Shown piece by piece: positions 1 to 14,389 of a stretch of DNA of 64,000 nt. The notes under the pieces are model-generated. The model was given only the letters and a program-made list of their open reading frames with translations. It was not told the origin of the DNA and did no database searches. Position 1 is the first letter of the stretch; the number at the start of each line of letters is the position of its first letter. Both the position numbers and the translations under genes were made by a program. This stretch comes from Callorhinchus milii (lineage: Eukaryota): NCBI RefSeq assembly GCF_018977255.1, contig NW_024704742.1:44270001-44334000 (forward strand), read 5' to 3'.

Positions 1-192
1 TTTTATGTTGTTTCTCTTACTTTCCAAAATATGATTCACTTTAGGTATTACAACTCTGTCCCCAAGGCTTGTCAACGAACCATTCTGACCCTCAAGCATA
101 AGATCCTATGCACTCTGTGAAATTACATTGATAGACTCGTGTAGTGCTGGAGTTGATAATCTTGCAAACATTATGAGATCATGTAAAAACGT

Positions 193-512
193 GGAGCCCT
201 ATAACTCGCCCCGCAAGTGAGAGACTTGGATTTGGTTCTCATCAGGGCGAACTTTGGACAAATTTCCTTACTTCACACGCTTCTGTTTACCTAGCATAAG
301 TAGAAACCCGGTTGTTAGTTGATTGGTGGATTGCTTTTCTGGGAGTAATAATTCCTTAAAAAATATTGTCACTCAATCTATATGTGCAATTGGCTGCCAC
401 GTTTTGCCCACAAAATATACAATCAATTCACTTTACAATATATTCTGTGAAGCGCTTTGAGACATCTCAAAGACGTGAAAAGGCGCTTTATCAAATGCAA
501 GGTTTATTATTA
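193..512 (+). mobile_element. SINE family A (head partly deleted)
   Basis: Collinear with other copies. Confidence 0.88.
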
Positions 513-711
513 CGCTGAATATTATCTATCTTTATAGATGCTAGATATGGAAAACTATGCACACTAGCATAATTTTCAATACTGAGCATAATTTTTTGTC
601 TCGATGCGCAATCAGTGGTATCATAGGACTGAGAACTGATTTCTTGCAAGCTTGTTCGTTCGTGGTAACTATTAGACACAATTGAAAACAAAACTTGATT
701 TCTCCAGTACA

Positions 712-1055
712 TAATTACAACCTACACTTACATTGCACCTTTCATGTTGGGTGGACATCTCAAAGCAAATCATGAACTTTTTTTGGGGGGGTGGGGGGAT
801 GACAGTAGCTGAAAGGGCAGTTGAAAAGATTGGTCTTCAAACAAGTTTTGAAAGAGGAGGGAGGGACAAGGTGGAGGCGGCATGAAGTTCCAAAGGGCGG
901 AGGCAGAATGGCTGAAAGCTTGTCCACTGATGATGGGATGAGGAACGTGAAACAGGCAAGTGTTCACCAAGCACTTGCGGCAGAAAAGTCACAGGAGGCA
1001 CAGAGGTCAAATTCAAGAGACATGCAAAAATATGAATGAGCAAGGTATCGCAAGG
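712..1055 (-). mobile_element. old L2 3' fragment
   Basis: Degenerate GQAFSHSASALWN translation and L2-type tail. Confidence 0.7.
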
Positions 1056-2426
1056 ACTCAAATTTTCAGCCAGTTGTGGGAAGGATGATCATTATCCTTC
1101 ATCCTGAAAACATATATGACGTTTCGTGGGAGCTAGTTCAGCTCCAAGGAGACCTTGCTTACTCCCTTGACTTCCCGTCCCCCCAGCCCACTCACCCCAA
1201 GGAGGATGGTCATGAAGCTTACAAACCTTCTTAACATTGACTTAAAAGTCAATGTGAAATTACTACCTCTGCTTGCAGATAAACAGCTACGGACTGGCAT
1301 AGACACAAAAATGTTTGCTGTTTTGTTTGACTCGGCATATCTTTTGCATTCAGAAGATACCAGGGTAGTCACACCAGCATTGCTGCTCCTATATTTAGGC
1401 CATAAATATATGCAAAGCTCCATTTAAAAAATATACAAATTGTTAGAAGCTCATTGTATTATGGTGGAACTAGGAAGCTAGGCACGCCATGACAAGTTTG
1501 CTGCAAATGCTGCTGATGACGTAGGTGGTGTGTGGTTTTGTATATGTACGTACGCTAATTTTATTACCTTGGAGTATCTGTGGTAAGAGGGTTATCAGAA
1601 CTAAAAACAGTACTCAATTGTATCCGTTTATTGTAGTTTTGTTTTGGACCCGGAAACTGTTTATTTATAGATACAAGTTCATCACAGGAAGTTACTCTTT
1701 ATCCTCTATAGCTTCAGTCAACATTTAGCCACAATTTTGAATGCTGTTGATTTGTACCAGTTGGAAGTAAGATTGTGTTTAAAAACCTGAATAAACTTGG
1801 GGGACATGCAGGTCTTACAAATCATTCAGTAGGAAATAATTCACTTTAGTGCCTGGATTTACAAAGGGGTCTTAGAAAGTCTATCTAGGTTGTCAGCCTG
1901 GCTCAGTGGTGCAGTCTCACACTTGGGATAGAAAGTTGTGGGTTCAGGCTCTGTGTTGGGACTGTGATCTCATAATCCAGGTTGATACTCCAGTGCAGTG
2001 ATGGGGAAGCATTCATTGTCAGAGATTACATCTTTTGCATGAGACCAAAGTCATGTCTGCCTGTTTAGGTGGACGTTTAAAGATGCCATGGTAGAATTTG
2101 TAAAGTGAAAGAAGTTTTGCCTATCAATTTTCTAGATGAGTTTGTTGTTTACATTATGGCTGTTTGTGGGACTTTTTTTTCAAAATTGGTTTTCCTACAT
2201 ACACTGTCACAACACTTTACAGAAACTGAATGTTATAGGTCCTATATCAAATGCAAGGATTGTTTTCATCTGCCCAGGATTTCACACACGCAAGCTTATG
2301 ATCAATGATGTTTTATGTAGCAATTGAATACTTTTCAAATGAGTGCTTATGGTTAAAGCGGATAAAGGCAGTGCTTAGTGCACAACTGGGTCATAAAGCG
2401 ATGCTAGTTGCTGCCTGGTTCTTGCT

Positions 2427-2617
2427 ACAACAAGAAGATTCCATTTATAGAGCGCCTTTCACGTCGGGAGGACGTCCCAAGGCGCTGGACAGTTGGGTCA
2501 GGACCCGAGCAGGGGGGAAATGGTCAGGGTGAGGGGAGGGAGGGGAGGGAGCGAGGAGGGGGTAGAGAGTTGAGAGGGGAGCTGAAGGCACGGTCAAAGA
2601 GAAAGGTCTTGAGACCT
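2427..2617 (-). mobile_element. L2 3' end, same subfamily as 27676-28303
   Basis: Near-identical to 27680-27870 (CATTTATAGAGCGCCTTTCAC..GGGAGGACGTCCCAAGGCGCTG..). Confidence 0.9.
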
Positions 2618-3009
2618 GCTATTAGCAGCAGCTCATATACATGTTGGTGCAAAACAATGATTTACAGCATGGTGCACACCAAAGAAATGCATGACCTGCA
2701 TAATGGTAGAAAACAATGACATAATGAACCCAACTGAGACTCGGGCAGGTACAATCCTAAGGCATCAAACCTCTTTATCTTTTCAATACTGACCTATTTT
2801 TGGCTTTTTTTTAAATAAAAGCTTCTGATGTTCCTAAAGGCCAGTACAGGTAGCTGTGACTGAAACGGTTTCACTTTTTTTTAAAGAAAAGCAACTTAAA
2901 AACTACAACTTTGAAGTCATATCAGTTGTTGTGACTATTTAAAAAAAATGTCTTATCCATTTTTTTAAAAAAATGAAAGAAGTGGGAAGGAGGCACCAAT
3001 CGGTTTTGT

Positions 3010-3530
3010 CACATCCCTGCCATGACCCACTCTGCCTTGCTCCACCTCCGCAACATCGCCTGCTTCACCACTGCCTCTCCCCTCACGCCGGTGAAACTCT
3101 CATCCATGCATTTGTTACATCTAGGCTCGACTATGCTAACTCTCTGCTTGTTGGTGTTCCCAACACTTCCCTTCACAAACTGCAGATCATTCAGAACTCT
3201 GCAGCTCGTGTCCTCTCCAGCACCAGGCTCCGTGGCCTTGCTCCTTTCCTGCATCTGTGACCTACTATCGCCATATCAACCTGTCCTTTCCTCTGCTCAG
3301 CAGCCTGCTCCGTGTCCCCTGCTCGTCCCGTCCAACCATCAGCGGTCAGGCCTTCAGTCTCTCTGTCCCCACCCTTTGGAGTTCCATCCCATAGCCCCTT
3401 CACCTTGCTCCCTCCCTTGTTTGCTTCATGGCCCATCTCAGGACTTTCCTCCTTGCCCTCCACTCCTGATCCCAACCCGAAGTCCTACCAACTTGAAAGA
3501 CACTATACAATGTAATTTGCTGTTGTTGTT
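3010..3530 (+). mobile_element. L2 3' fragment
   Basis: [31 protein letters not shown]; ends in TTGCTGTTGTTG tail. Confidence 0.88.
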
Positions 3531-3559
3531 CAGACTGGAATTGTAAAGAATCAGTCTCT

Positions 3560-3780
3560 GAAATTCCATGCACAATGTCCATCGAGGAATGCTTTGAAAA
3601 AGTCTAAGTGGGATGTAATTAAGGTGTAAATGAGTATTTCAGCGACATAGCACGTGAGATAAGGGCAGAGGCGGACAAAGTAGCAGAGGGGAAGGAAGGA
3701 GGTCTGGGACAGGGACCGGATATAAGAGAGAAAAGAAAGCTGGGGATTGAAGCTGACACCAGGGCTACTAGGAGTTGAGG
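3560..3780 (-). mobile_element. L2 internal fragment
   Basis: GVSFNPQLSF..AEILIYTLITSHLDF resembles the 60249..61073 translation. Confidence 0.75.
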
Positions 3781-4876
3781 TTCCCGCCAACCAATGAATT
3801 GGAACAGCTCTTAAGTTCACAAGTTTTAGATTCTTTGGACAAATGGTTTCCAAATTTGAATTGTTTTTAATGTGTGACACCTGTCTCCCGAAAGTGCTTA
3901 ATTGATGGGGAGCAAAATAATAAAAGAACATTTTTTAGGGTGTCTCTCAAATGCAGAAACTCTTCATTATACTTGACAGTACCCAAACTAGCAAATAGAC
4001 TGAGTTTTTCACATATGAATGACACCATGCATAGAATTTGTTGCTCACCGAATTCCTGGTCTGTTCCTCCAAAGTACTCATAACCGGCCAGGACAGTTAG
4101 TCTGTTATCCATCATGCCTTGGAGTGCTGTGCCTCGCTCAGGAACCAGACTACGACACCACCACAGAGGGCAACTCCGTTCCAACATTTCCTTGCGTCTG
4201 GAATGGAATGTACACTCTCCCTGGAGGGACGTATCCTGCTTACCTAATTTCAGAGAGTGGTGGTCGCAGGTTGGCAAAAGCCAAAGTTGGGAGACCCCAC
4301 ACTATACTTTGTGTTACTGCTGGAATGTAACCATCTAAAACTGCGTAGCTAGCAGTGAAGAGCACTGACTGACAAAACTTCCCACTGCTTGTTCACATAG
4401 GGCTACCCTACCCATTTCGCTTGCAGGGTCAACCATCGCTGAGTTAGAACAATCCTTGCTCCCATACATAATGTACAAAATAATTTTTAGCAATTTATTG
4501 ATCAATGTATTATTCTTGGAAAGTGCTCATGTGGTGAGATATTTGTAAATATTTTTTGATTTTGGGTGCTGTTGTGTTGACAGTGCAGCCCCCTTTGATA
4601 GTAAGCAGCTACGTAAGACATTTGATAATGCCAATACTAGACAAATAACCAGATACAAGAGAGAAAAGAAAGCTGGGGATTGAAGCTGACACCAGAGTTA
4701 CCAGGAGTTCCTAGGAGTGACTAGTGAGATGCATGCACATGTATTATTTGGCTGACCAGCAGTATAGTATTCCTATGCTTTGTAACAATGTCTGCTTTAT
4801 TTATTTAACAGTATGATGACATAAAACAAAAAATACCTATTGCACTATTTTGGTTTGCAGTATGTAAATGGGTTAG

Positions 4877-5098
<222 letters not shown>

Positions 5099-7599
5099 TA
5101 AACGGGAACAATCTTCAAAGATACAGTGTGTCACGTCAACACAAAGTGGGTATGATAAGCACAAAGAGCTCTGATTACTGGGTTTGGCTTATATCGAGCA
5201 CCTGTGTTAATTGATTTATAGACATTTACAGGATTATGGTGTTAACAGAGGCAGCAAGAGTGGATTTAAGTGGTATGTTATTGTGTGTTGTTAACTGGAT
5301 CTCATGCCTGATGTTTCCTTGGATCAGTTTGAGATCTGAAACATTTACTGCTTGGTACAGTGTTACAATTCTCGTACGGTTCTCATCACTATTACACAGT
5401 TGCAGTGACTGGAAGCATAGTTCTTGGGTGAGTATGATTTTATTCATCCTGTAAAAGAGCTCCTGGTCCTGCTAAGAGTCAGGGGAAGACTATTCTCTAA
5501 TGACTCTGAGAATGCCAGATTTTACTGCCACTTTCCAGAGGAAATTGGAGAGTTATTTAGTGATTGACACTTATTTTTGGCACATAAGCAATTTACTTAG
5601 GAACTGCCCAGATGGATCTTAATGGTCTATTCTCGGGCTCTACATTTGTGTGTCACAACCATTATCCCTGCTGAATAAACTGGAAATCCTCAGGTTCAGC
5701 ACAGTAAATAACAATAGAATATTTTTTTGATCAGCGTCATGAATCAATTATGAATCACAATGGGATTAAAAAAACTCTAAATTTTTAGTTGGCCACAGAT
5801 TTCACTTTTGTTTAAAAAAAATTGTCAATGTTCACAAGGATAGGTGGAAGAAAATGCCTGTAAAAAGTAACTATAGGTTATGAAATAATCCTGCATAATT
5901 TCTGACTTTTCAACCTATTAATGGCCGTTATTCAATATGGTGATACACTTTAGTTTCCATGTCTCTTGAGTGGCGCTGGACAGAATTACCTCTTTCAGAG
6001 AGGTTGGTATCTTACTCTGTTCACAGTTACATAGAATTAAATAGTGATACGGCATGGAAACAGGCCATTTCCCAACTGGCTCATGGCTGTGTTTACTCTA
6101 CATGAGCTCCCACCTTCTATTCCCTTCGCCTGTACCCCTCTATTCCCATCTTCCTCACATATGCATTAAATTTTCTCTTAAATGCCTTAATACTATTTGC
6201 TTCAACCACAGCTTCCGGCAGTCAGTTCCACATTCTCACCCTCCTCTTGCATGAAGAAATCCATCCTAAATTTCCTGTTAGATCTATTACTTGCTATCGC
6301 GTAGTTACACCCTCTAGGTTTGGACTCACCAAGTTGAAGTAGGCTGTCAGCTTCCGCATTATAAGAATAAATAATAGTAATCCTTGCATTTGATATAAAA
6401 TTATAAGAACCATTTCCTAGTCTTAAACAGCTATCTGTACCCTTCTTAATTGTAGATTATTAATAATAATAATAATACTAATCCTTGCAAAGTGCTTTTC
6501 ACATCAGGCAGATATCCAAAGCGCTTCACAGGATTTATGTGAAGTGGAGAGACTGTGTATTTGTGGGCAAGCAGAACAAAGATAGACCAGAGAGTTTTTT
6601 TTTAAATGGACACATCTTTGGAGACGCATATTTCAGTTTGTTTTAAAGCACTGCAGGAGGAATGTGCTAATCTCAGAAAAAATGTTGCAATAAAAATTGA
6701 AGTTTGGTTTTAAATTTGCCCCCATTTTCCAGCCCGCTTATCATATATCATTTCTCTGCTTTGTCCCAATCCCCTTCGGTGTAGTACACGTGCCCTTGTT
6801 AGACAGTGTTTTCCATCATTTTTAGAAAACAATATGAATTATATTCTGTGCCAAAACAGCCTGCAGTATTTTTGATGATTCAATGATTTTCATTTATTCT
6901 GTAAAGTTGATAGTCACAAACAAAAACAGTCCTGTGACAAAATAGAGCAACCCTCTAACACTGGGGACTTGCCAAAATCTTCATTCTAGAGTGTGCACAA
7001 TGAAACACAAAATGTAATTTTGTACAATTCAGTGATGCTGAGTATTAACTGCATTAGAAATGAAGGGAAAGAACATTTTGACAATACGATGTGATAACAT
7101 TCAAAATATTGAAATTGCAGAGGGTAGCAGAAGTTCAAGTTGCCCTTTTTCTGTGCCTTTGTCCTTTATGCCCCTTTCTCTGTTTATTTTAAAGAAATAA
7201 ATAAAGTAAAAGACATGACAGTGAAACAATACCATTTTTTACTTATAATAATGCTTGCATTTGGTATAGCACCCTATATCATTGAAATCCCTCAAAGTGT
7301 TTTCACAGAGTCTTTCTGTAAAGTGTATTGACTATGCATTTATACTTGAACACAGAAACCAATCTGTACACAGGAATGTTCCATAAATAGCCGTGTCCAT
7401 TTTTTAAAATCTGGCCAGGACACCGGGAGAAACTTCCTTCTGTTTTCGAACAATGCCATTAGATCTTTAATGCCCATTGAAACAGATTAACATCTGATCT
7501 GTAGGACGGCACTTCTGTGAATGCAGTGTGCCCCCTGCACTGCAGTGTTAGCCTAGATAAATGAGCTTGTAACCCACAACTTTCTGACTCAACAACTCC

Positions 7600-8130
7600 C
7601 AATAACAATTTACATTTCGTACAGTTCATATCAGTAAGGATGTCTTACCTCGTGATATGCGGGACAGTGTTTGTTGAGCAGAGTCAGTGGCCGGGATGGT
7701 AGAGTTGAGGCGGTCTCAGAGAATAAGGCAAGGGTGTGGAGAAATTTGAATGTGAGTACGGGGCTCTCGAATTTGATCCACTGGGGTGATGGGGCACCAG
7801 TGAACCCCAGTGAGGATGGGGGTGGTAGGCTTATGGAGCCTGGTGTGGAAGAGGACAAGGGCTGCAGAGTTCTGGATCCTATGCAGCTTGAGTACGGAGG
7901 AACTGGAGAGTCCAGCAAGAAAGATTATGCAATAGTTATTTGTAATGAAGGCATGAATGAGGAACTGGTAACACTGGTGCGAGACATAGTGTCAGAAGTG
8001 GGTGATATTCCTGAAGTGAGGGAAAACCAAATGAGAGCCCCAGTGTAGGGCATAAAGGACAGTTAATGATTGAATAGGACATCAAGGTTCTGGTCAGACT
8101 CTGAGGTGAGTGTGCTTTCAACTGAACCAG
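7600..8130 (-). mobile_element. old L2 fragment
   Basis: PQWIKFESPVLTFKFLH-type translation; similarity to other L2 copies. Confidence 0.7.
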
Positions 8131-9679
8131 GCTCATAGCTAAATATTGTTCTTTGCAATTCTTATAATAGAGCTTCCCATAGAGAATTTGCATCTAGGAA
8201 CTGGTACTGGCTAATTCAGGAACGAACTAGCACGAGTATAAAATGTGCTTGCAGTGAGAGTTTGCTGGTATCAAGTTTGCATAGTTGTGGATTCGACTTG
8301 TTTCTTTATCCCCTACGCAGGAAAGAGATCCTGTGACTGGTGGTAAATTGCAAGAGGCAGGTGAAGAGGATGAAATAACGCAATAGAGCAAAACGCTTAG
8401 CTCTAAAGTGTTTTGGTTTCTCTCTAAAGACATTTGCAGCATCGAATGTATTTGGTGTAACTTTGCTTACATGTAGATATGTATGTGTGTGTTTGGGGGT
8501 GGGGTGGGGGGGGTGGTGTATGTGTGTGTAACTTTATACATTACTTCCGCATTGCTTAGTTTTTATCTGAAGCTGCAAATTATTCAGAGCAAGATTATTT
8601 AATTATTTTGCTGCAGTTCTTTGTAACAGAGTTGAGCCTTCCTGCTTGGCAGAAGGTATTTTGCCAATATCCCTAAAAGAAATTTGTAAAATAATTGGAC
8701 CTAATGGGGTACCATGATTACGGTCAGCTGAATTGACAAAAACCTTCCAAACTCCTCAGAGTGCAATAAGCACTTGTGTGCCTTATTCACTCTGTCTCTG
8801 ATATTCCTGATTACATTACTGAGGAGTTATATCTAGTGCATGACCCTATAGATGAAGTGAGGTTGGTATTAATCTTCAGTCACATAACTTGGTAATATAG
8901 TTGTCTGGATAAAGCCATACCAGCTCCACACGCAGAACCTGATGTACCACTTCTATTGACGCTTGGCACACAGAACTGCTGATCCAAGTGTAATGTTACT
9001 TGGCAAATTCGTCATCTGGTTAATTAGTTTGAAAATAACCCGTGGCTCTGATTAAATGCAGGATTAGGTGTTGGCCAAGGAAAACAAGTGCATAATTCAA
9101 TTTGTTTGATCATTAACCCATGCACTATGTGAATCCATAATCTCTAGGTTGTTCTGAAATGTTAGATTTAGGAGTGTATTACACTACAGTAGAAAGCCTA
9201 TTATCCGCACTAATTTGGGCTGGTCCCAGTGTGGAAAAGCAAACAGTGAGGATAATTGGGCAGCTTGCAAAATATTGGCTATGGTTCAACCAAAACATTT
9301 TGCCATCAAGATTTACTAGTTACTGTAGTACTACACTTTGCGAACCCTTTTCTCTCTCTGCCACTCTCTCCTGACTCTCTCTTCTCTCTAACTGTTAAAT
9401 AATAACACAGTGTGTATGACCTGACAATGTAGCACACTCTGCCAGTCCTACATTTGAATGTCAGCCAAGATTATGAGCTCAATGTCCCGACATGGGGTTT
9501 GAATTCAGAACCTTCTGACCCAGAGAGGAGAATAACTGAGCCAGACTGACACCTTTCTTTCTTTTAGTTTTTATTTCTCTTTGTCAGTGTTTCTCTTGCA
9601 CACAAAAACACATATTTTCATTCTCTCTCTCTGAGTAACCATAACATTTATTTGTCTCTTGATGACATTCTCTATCTTA

Positions 9680-10360
9680 TAATTACAATCTATATTTATG
9701 TAGTGTCTTTCGCATCAGGAGGTCATCTCAAAGTGCTTCGCACAGCCGAGCTTGTGGCGGATGGGGGAGGGTAGGTGTTGAGGGATGGGGGTGGTGGGGG
9801 AAGGTAGCTGAAAATATAATAAAAGACAGTCATAAGGTAGGTGTTGAAAATGGGAAGAGAGGGGCAGGTTAGAGGAACTTCTGTGTGGTGTTCCAAAGAG
9901 CGGGGTCAGAATGGCTGAAAGCTCACCCACAAACAGAAAGACAGATTGGATGGGGAACATGAAACTGGACAATGTTTGCTGCGTGGAGGGGTCACAGGAG
10001 GTTGAAGAGGAATAATTGGAATAATCAGTCTGGAAGTATTGAAGGCAGGATGAGGGTTGTTCTCAGCTGTCTGGAGGAAAAGATAATGCTGTTGGCGGGC
10101 TATTGCAGAGGTAAGGAAAAGAGCTGAGCCAGAGTCTGGATGTAGAAATTGAAGAAAAGTTGGGGGCTGAACAAGACACTGAGGTTCTGCACCGGCTCCA
10201 TGAGGTGGAGTAAGCATCCATGCCGGCAGACTGACTGCGATGGAACAGTGTCTGAAGTGAGAACAACTGACAGAAGCCAAGCAGGAGAACCTCAGACTTG
10301 ACGGCATTGAGCTTAGAACTCATCCAGGACTTGATGTCTGACAGGCAATCAGTTAGCTTG
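9680..10360 (-). mobile_element. old L2 fragment with internal deletions
   Basis: MSSKLNAVKSEVLLLG translation and L2 tail at ~9690. Confidence 0.7.
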
Positions 10361-11556
10361 TCCCAAGGAGGATAGGCACGAGTTGGTCAGAATATCACAA
10401 TGATAAACCAATGATTGAATGTACTCATGGAAATGAACAGTTATTAGGAGCAATTGCTTGTTCAAATGATTCCTATTTAAAATTCATACTGATCCAAGCA
10501 AATCAAACCCCGGGTCTATTGCACTGCAGTTTGATACTTGTTCCTACTCCTTTTGCTTCAGGGTGATTCAGAGTGAAGCCCAAAAAGTGAATGAGTGAAA
10601 CTTAAATGGTTTACGCTTGTCCTTTATTTCAAGGCACTTCTCAAAGAGGTGACGCAGTTTACTCCTGTGATTTTATGTGTGTTGTGTGGTTTCCAGCTAT
10701 CTATTGTTTGAATCTTTGCTTTCCATTGTTCCACTTTCTCAACTATTAGGCCTCCCCTTTGAGGAATTTTTCAGGGAATGGCTGGGTGCAGTCTAGAGCC
10801 ACTCCACCTGGTTTAACTCGGGCAGATACTTTTACCCAATTTGGAGATCAGTCTGATAGCCTCTTGACCATTCAGGTTGCTTGACGTTATGCTCCAAATT
10901 AGCACCAAACCCATTTTAAAGGCCCACCGTGGGGCATTAACCTAAATGGAGTAATTCCTGACTGGTCATAGCATATGGACTTTTCCCACAAAACAACTTT
11001 CTCCCCTCTCACATCCTCTTTTGAAAAGCTTTTTATTCCTTTTTCACTTGTACTGGAGTGTGATTCCCTAGGTGGCCAGTTGCCCTCTGGTATTTCACCC
11101 AAATGACTACTCTCTATGGCTGAGGGTTAACAAAGATTATCAAGTAGGATCATACAGTTTTACAACATAGAGGAAGGCTATTCGTCCCATTGTGTATGTG
11201 CTGACCTTTAGAAAGACCAATCCATAAAAGTCCTATTTACCTGTGTTTATCACATACCTCTAGAAATTATTCTGTATAATTCCCTCTTGAAAGCTATAAC
11301 ATCGTGACTAGAGGGATCTGAAAGAGAATTTAGGAAAAACTGCTTTGCACAAAGTGAGAAATTGGAACTCTTTGCCCAAATGGTGGTTGAAGCAGATAGT
11401 ATATATGCATTTAAGAGGAAGCAAGATATACACATGAAGGAGAAAGGAATGGAGTATAAACACCTGCTTAGTCTTTTATTTTACCATTTTTTGCTGTTTC
11501 TCCTCAGTGTATTGCCAAGCTAAATGCAGCTAAACAATTTATGTTTAAATTAAATG

Positions 11557-11838
11557 TCCAGGCAGGGCGAAACCTTGGGCAAGTTTCCTTACTCTACACG
11601 CCTAATAATAATCCCTCCAAAACCAAAAAAACAATAATAAATTGGTCATTTTCAATCTACGACTGTTTGTGGGACATTGCTGTGCGCAATTGGCTGCCGC
11701 GTTCGCCCACAAATATACAGTCAATTCACTTTACAGTATGTTCTGTGAAGCGCTTTGGGACGTCCTCCCGACGTGAAAAGCGCTATATCAAAATGCAATG
11801 ATTATCAAAAAAAAATATCAAAATGCAAGGATTATTAT
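11557..11838 (+). mobile_element. SINE family A, 5'-truncated, with duplicated tail
   Basis: GGCAGGGCGAAACCTTGGGCAAG..; ATCAAAATGCAA occurs twice at the 3' end. Confidence 0.88.
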
Positions 11839-11949
11839 GAATACAGTAATTGTGATGCTCTTTGACTGAGCATTTAAATAGATCTTTTTAAAAGTGTAGT
11901 AAGTTGTCATTAATCTGTATGTTTAAAATGTGTAAACTGATGTGTGTGG

Positions 11950-12320
11950 TCTTGTAACTTTGTGGTTAGAGCATTTGCCTCTGAAACGAGAGTACCTGGG
12001 TTGGATTCCTAGGCAGGGCGAAACGTTAGGCAAGTTTCCTTACTCCATATGCCTCTGTAAGTAGGAAACAGGTTGATTAGTCAATTGGTGGATTGCTTTT
12101 CTGGAGGTAATACTCCTGTCAAAAAATGAATCAATAAAAATAATAATTTGGTCACTCAATACAGGACTGTTTGTGGGACACTGCTGTATGCAATTGGTTG
12201 CCATGTTTCACCCACAAAATATACAGTCAATTCACTTTACAGTATATTCTGTGAAATGCTTTGAGACGTCTCGACGACGTGATGAGGCGCTATATCAAAT
12301 GCAAAGGTTATTATCATTAT
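11950..12320 (+). mobile_element. SINE family A
   Basis: Collinear with other copies. Confidence 0.9.
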
Positions 12321-13684
12321 TTAAAACACATTAAATTACAATACAAATTACATTTGTATAGCGCCTTTCACATCAGGAGGACGTCCCAAGGCTAAACATG
12401 GTTCATTGCAAATGCATGCCAAAAAAGCAAATATAATAACTTTTTAAGTTCTCCGAACTTGTTTAGATGTGATAAACTGGCTGATGAAACAGCCTCTTAT
12501 ACTGATTTTGTCAGAGGTGGGACCTACAAAACAAATTATTCCTCTGACGGCAGTAAACATTAAAGGAAATGCTCTTGGTACACCTCCACAGAAACGTCCA
12601 GGGAGATTCCCATATCTGATTCCCTCGTCTACTCTAATGTCTTGTCCCTCAGTCTCATTATTGGATATCTTCTCCCCACCCTATACGCACGCACATTCAT
12701 TTCTCAATGCACTGAATTTACTGGTAATTTATAGAGTAGGTCAGGGAATGAAGTCTGGACCAGTTCAGTTTAAACTGGCCAGATGCCAGGACTCCCGACT
12801 CAGTTATCATGTGCTGAGCAGGGTCCAGAGCAGATTTGCATCTCAACAGTATGATTGGGGATTCCTAATGCAGCTGCCTTGGGATTGCTTGCTGGATCTA
12901 ACGCTCAATCTGGTTTAATTATAATGCCACTAATTCAAATGGGTCTAAATGCTGAACTGCCATCAGAGGATTAGGATTGATTAAAAATCAAGTTTAAGGT
13001 TTTAAAAAGTATTAAAAATTCTTTGCAGATTTAAAGAAAAATGCATTCAATTTTCCCTAATTTTAAGTAAACTCTTGGATAATATTGTTTAAAAAAATAG
13101 TTGTTGTGTATCATGAGGTACTAGACATTGGCTTCAGGAACCTTGTTTCTGAATTGACGTTGCAGCCTTTTTCTCTCATCCCCTGATGGTTGTGCAATAT
13201 AAAACATTGGGTTCCATTTATCATATACTTCAAAGGAGGAAGTAATGATAAGAATACCACTCTCATGGGTGGATCCAGCATTTCACTGAGAGGTGATCTG
13301 ATCGGCACCATTTACTACTGCAGCAAAATGTTAAATTATTAATAAAAAGTTAAAACATTTTAAAATTGTCAAAAAAGAGAGTGAAATGTTAAAATAATAT
13401 CTATTTCAAGTCTTAAAAATGTAAGGTATAGATACATATACACAAAGTATTTACTGAACGTGTTCACAGCAGATTGACAGTGAGAAGAAAAATAACCTAC
13501 CTGGGTGTTTTCTAATCAATGTATCTACAACTTGATCAATATCTATATTCAAATAATATTTCCCATATATTTGAATTTCTTATCCAGATATCGATCTGTT
13601 ATGATGCTGGTATCCTCATGCTGGCACTATTAGTCAGTGAGAATATTTAAAAATTAAACTAAAAAATCCCTCTGTGCCTCTCTG

Positions 13685-13751
13685 TATCCATTAGGGCCTC
13701 TGACTGCCCTTGTCACTCCCTGACAGAGACAGATGGAGGCTCTGATGGATA
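13685..13751 (+). ncRNA. intronic hairpin, candidate pre-miRNA or decayed palindromic element
   Basis: 31-nt arms, 28/31 positions paired (23 WC + 5 GU), no bulges, 5-nt loop. Confidence 0.3.
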
Positions 13752-14389
13752 AAGCAATTTTTAAAATTTAAATAAGAAAAATGCTAAAGGTGAGGCCTTT
13801 ATTGCTATGCTTCCATTTAAACATGATAGTCTTGGGAGGGTGGGAGGAAACTCGGGTGGAGTATAAACACTTGCACGGACTAATTGGGCCACATGGTCTG
13901 TTTCCGTGCTGTACAATCTATGTAAATGTTACTGAAAAACTAATTACATTCCCAGTTTCTTAACAGCCTCAAAAATGCTAGGATTTGTGTTGCTAACAAA
14001 GTGGTCTCTTAAACTTTTTGGGTGGATCCAGACTTTAGCGAAGACCGATTAAGTTGATTAACAACATCAGACAGTATTCAACTGTACATTTTGCATTGAT
14101 TTGGCAGAGTATCAATCCAATATTAGAATTTCTTATGTTCCTATTGCTGTCCAAGTGTAGTAGAACGATCATGAAACAGAGGTTGGACTATACATGATTT
14201 GGTTGGTAGCACTCATTTCTGTGTCTAAAGATTGTGAGTTTGAGCCCCCACACCATCTTATAACTGTTTGTGAGATTTTAGAATAGCTTCGCTCCTGCAC
14301 TTGCTAGCAAAACAACTGTCATTGCACTTTAAAACAGCATAGTACCGTGAAGCATTTTGACGTGAAAAGGTACTTTATTTGAATACAAC

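Noticed and set aside
1133..1427. Overlapping ORFs on both strands, or the missing STIM EF-hand exon
   Set aside because: No recognisable homology, no DDDxxG EF-hand motif, no fitting splice sites.
8480..8530. G-run/GT tract as a functional G-quadruplex
   Set aside because: Ordinary low-complexity intronic tract.
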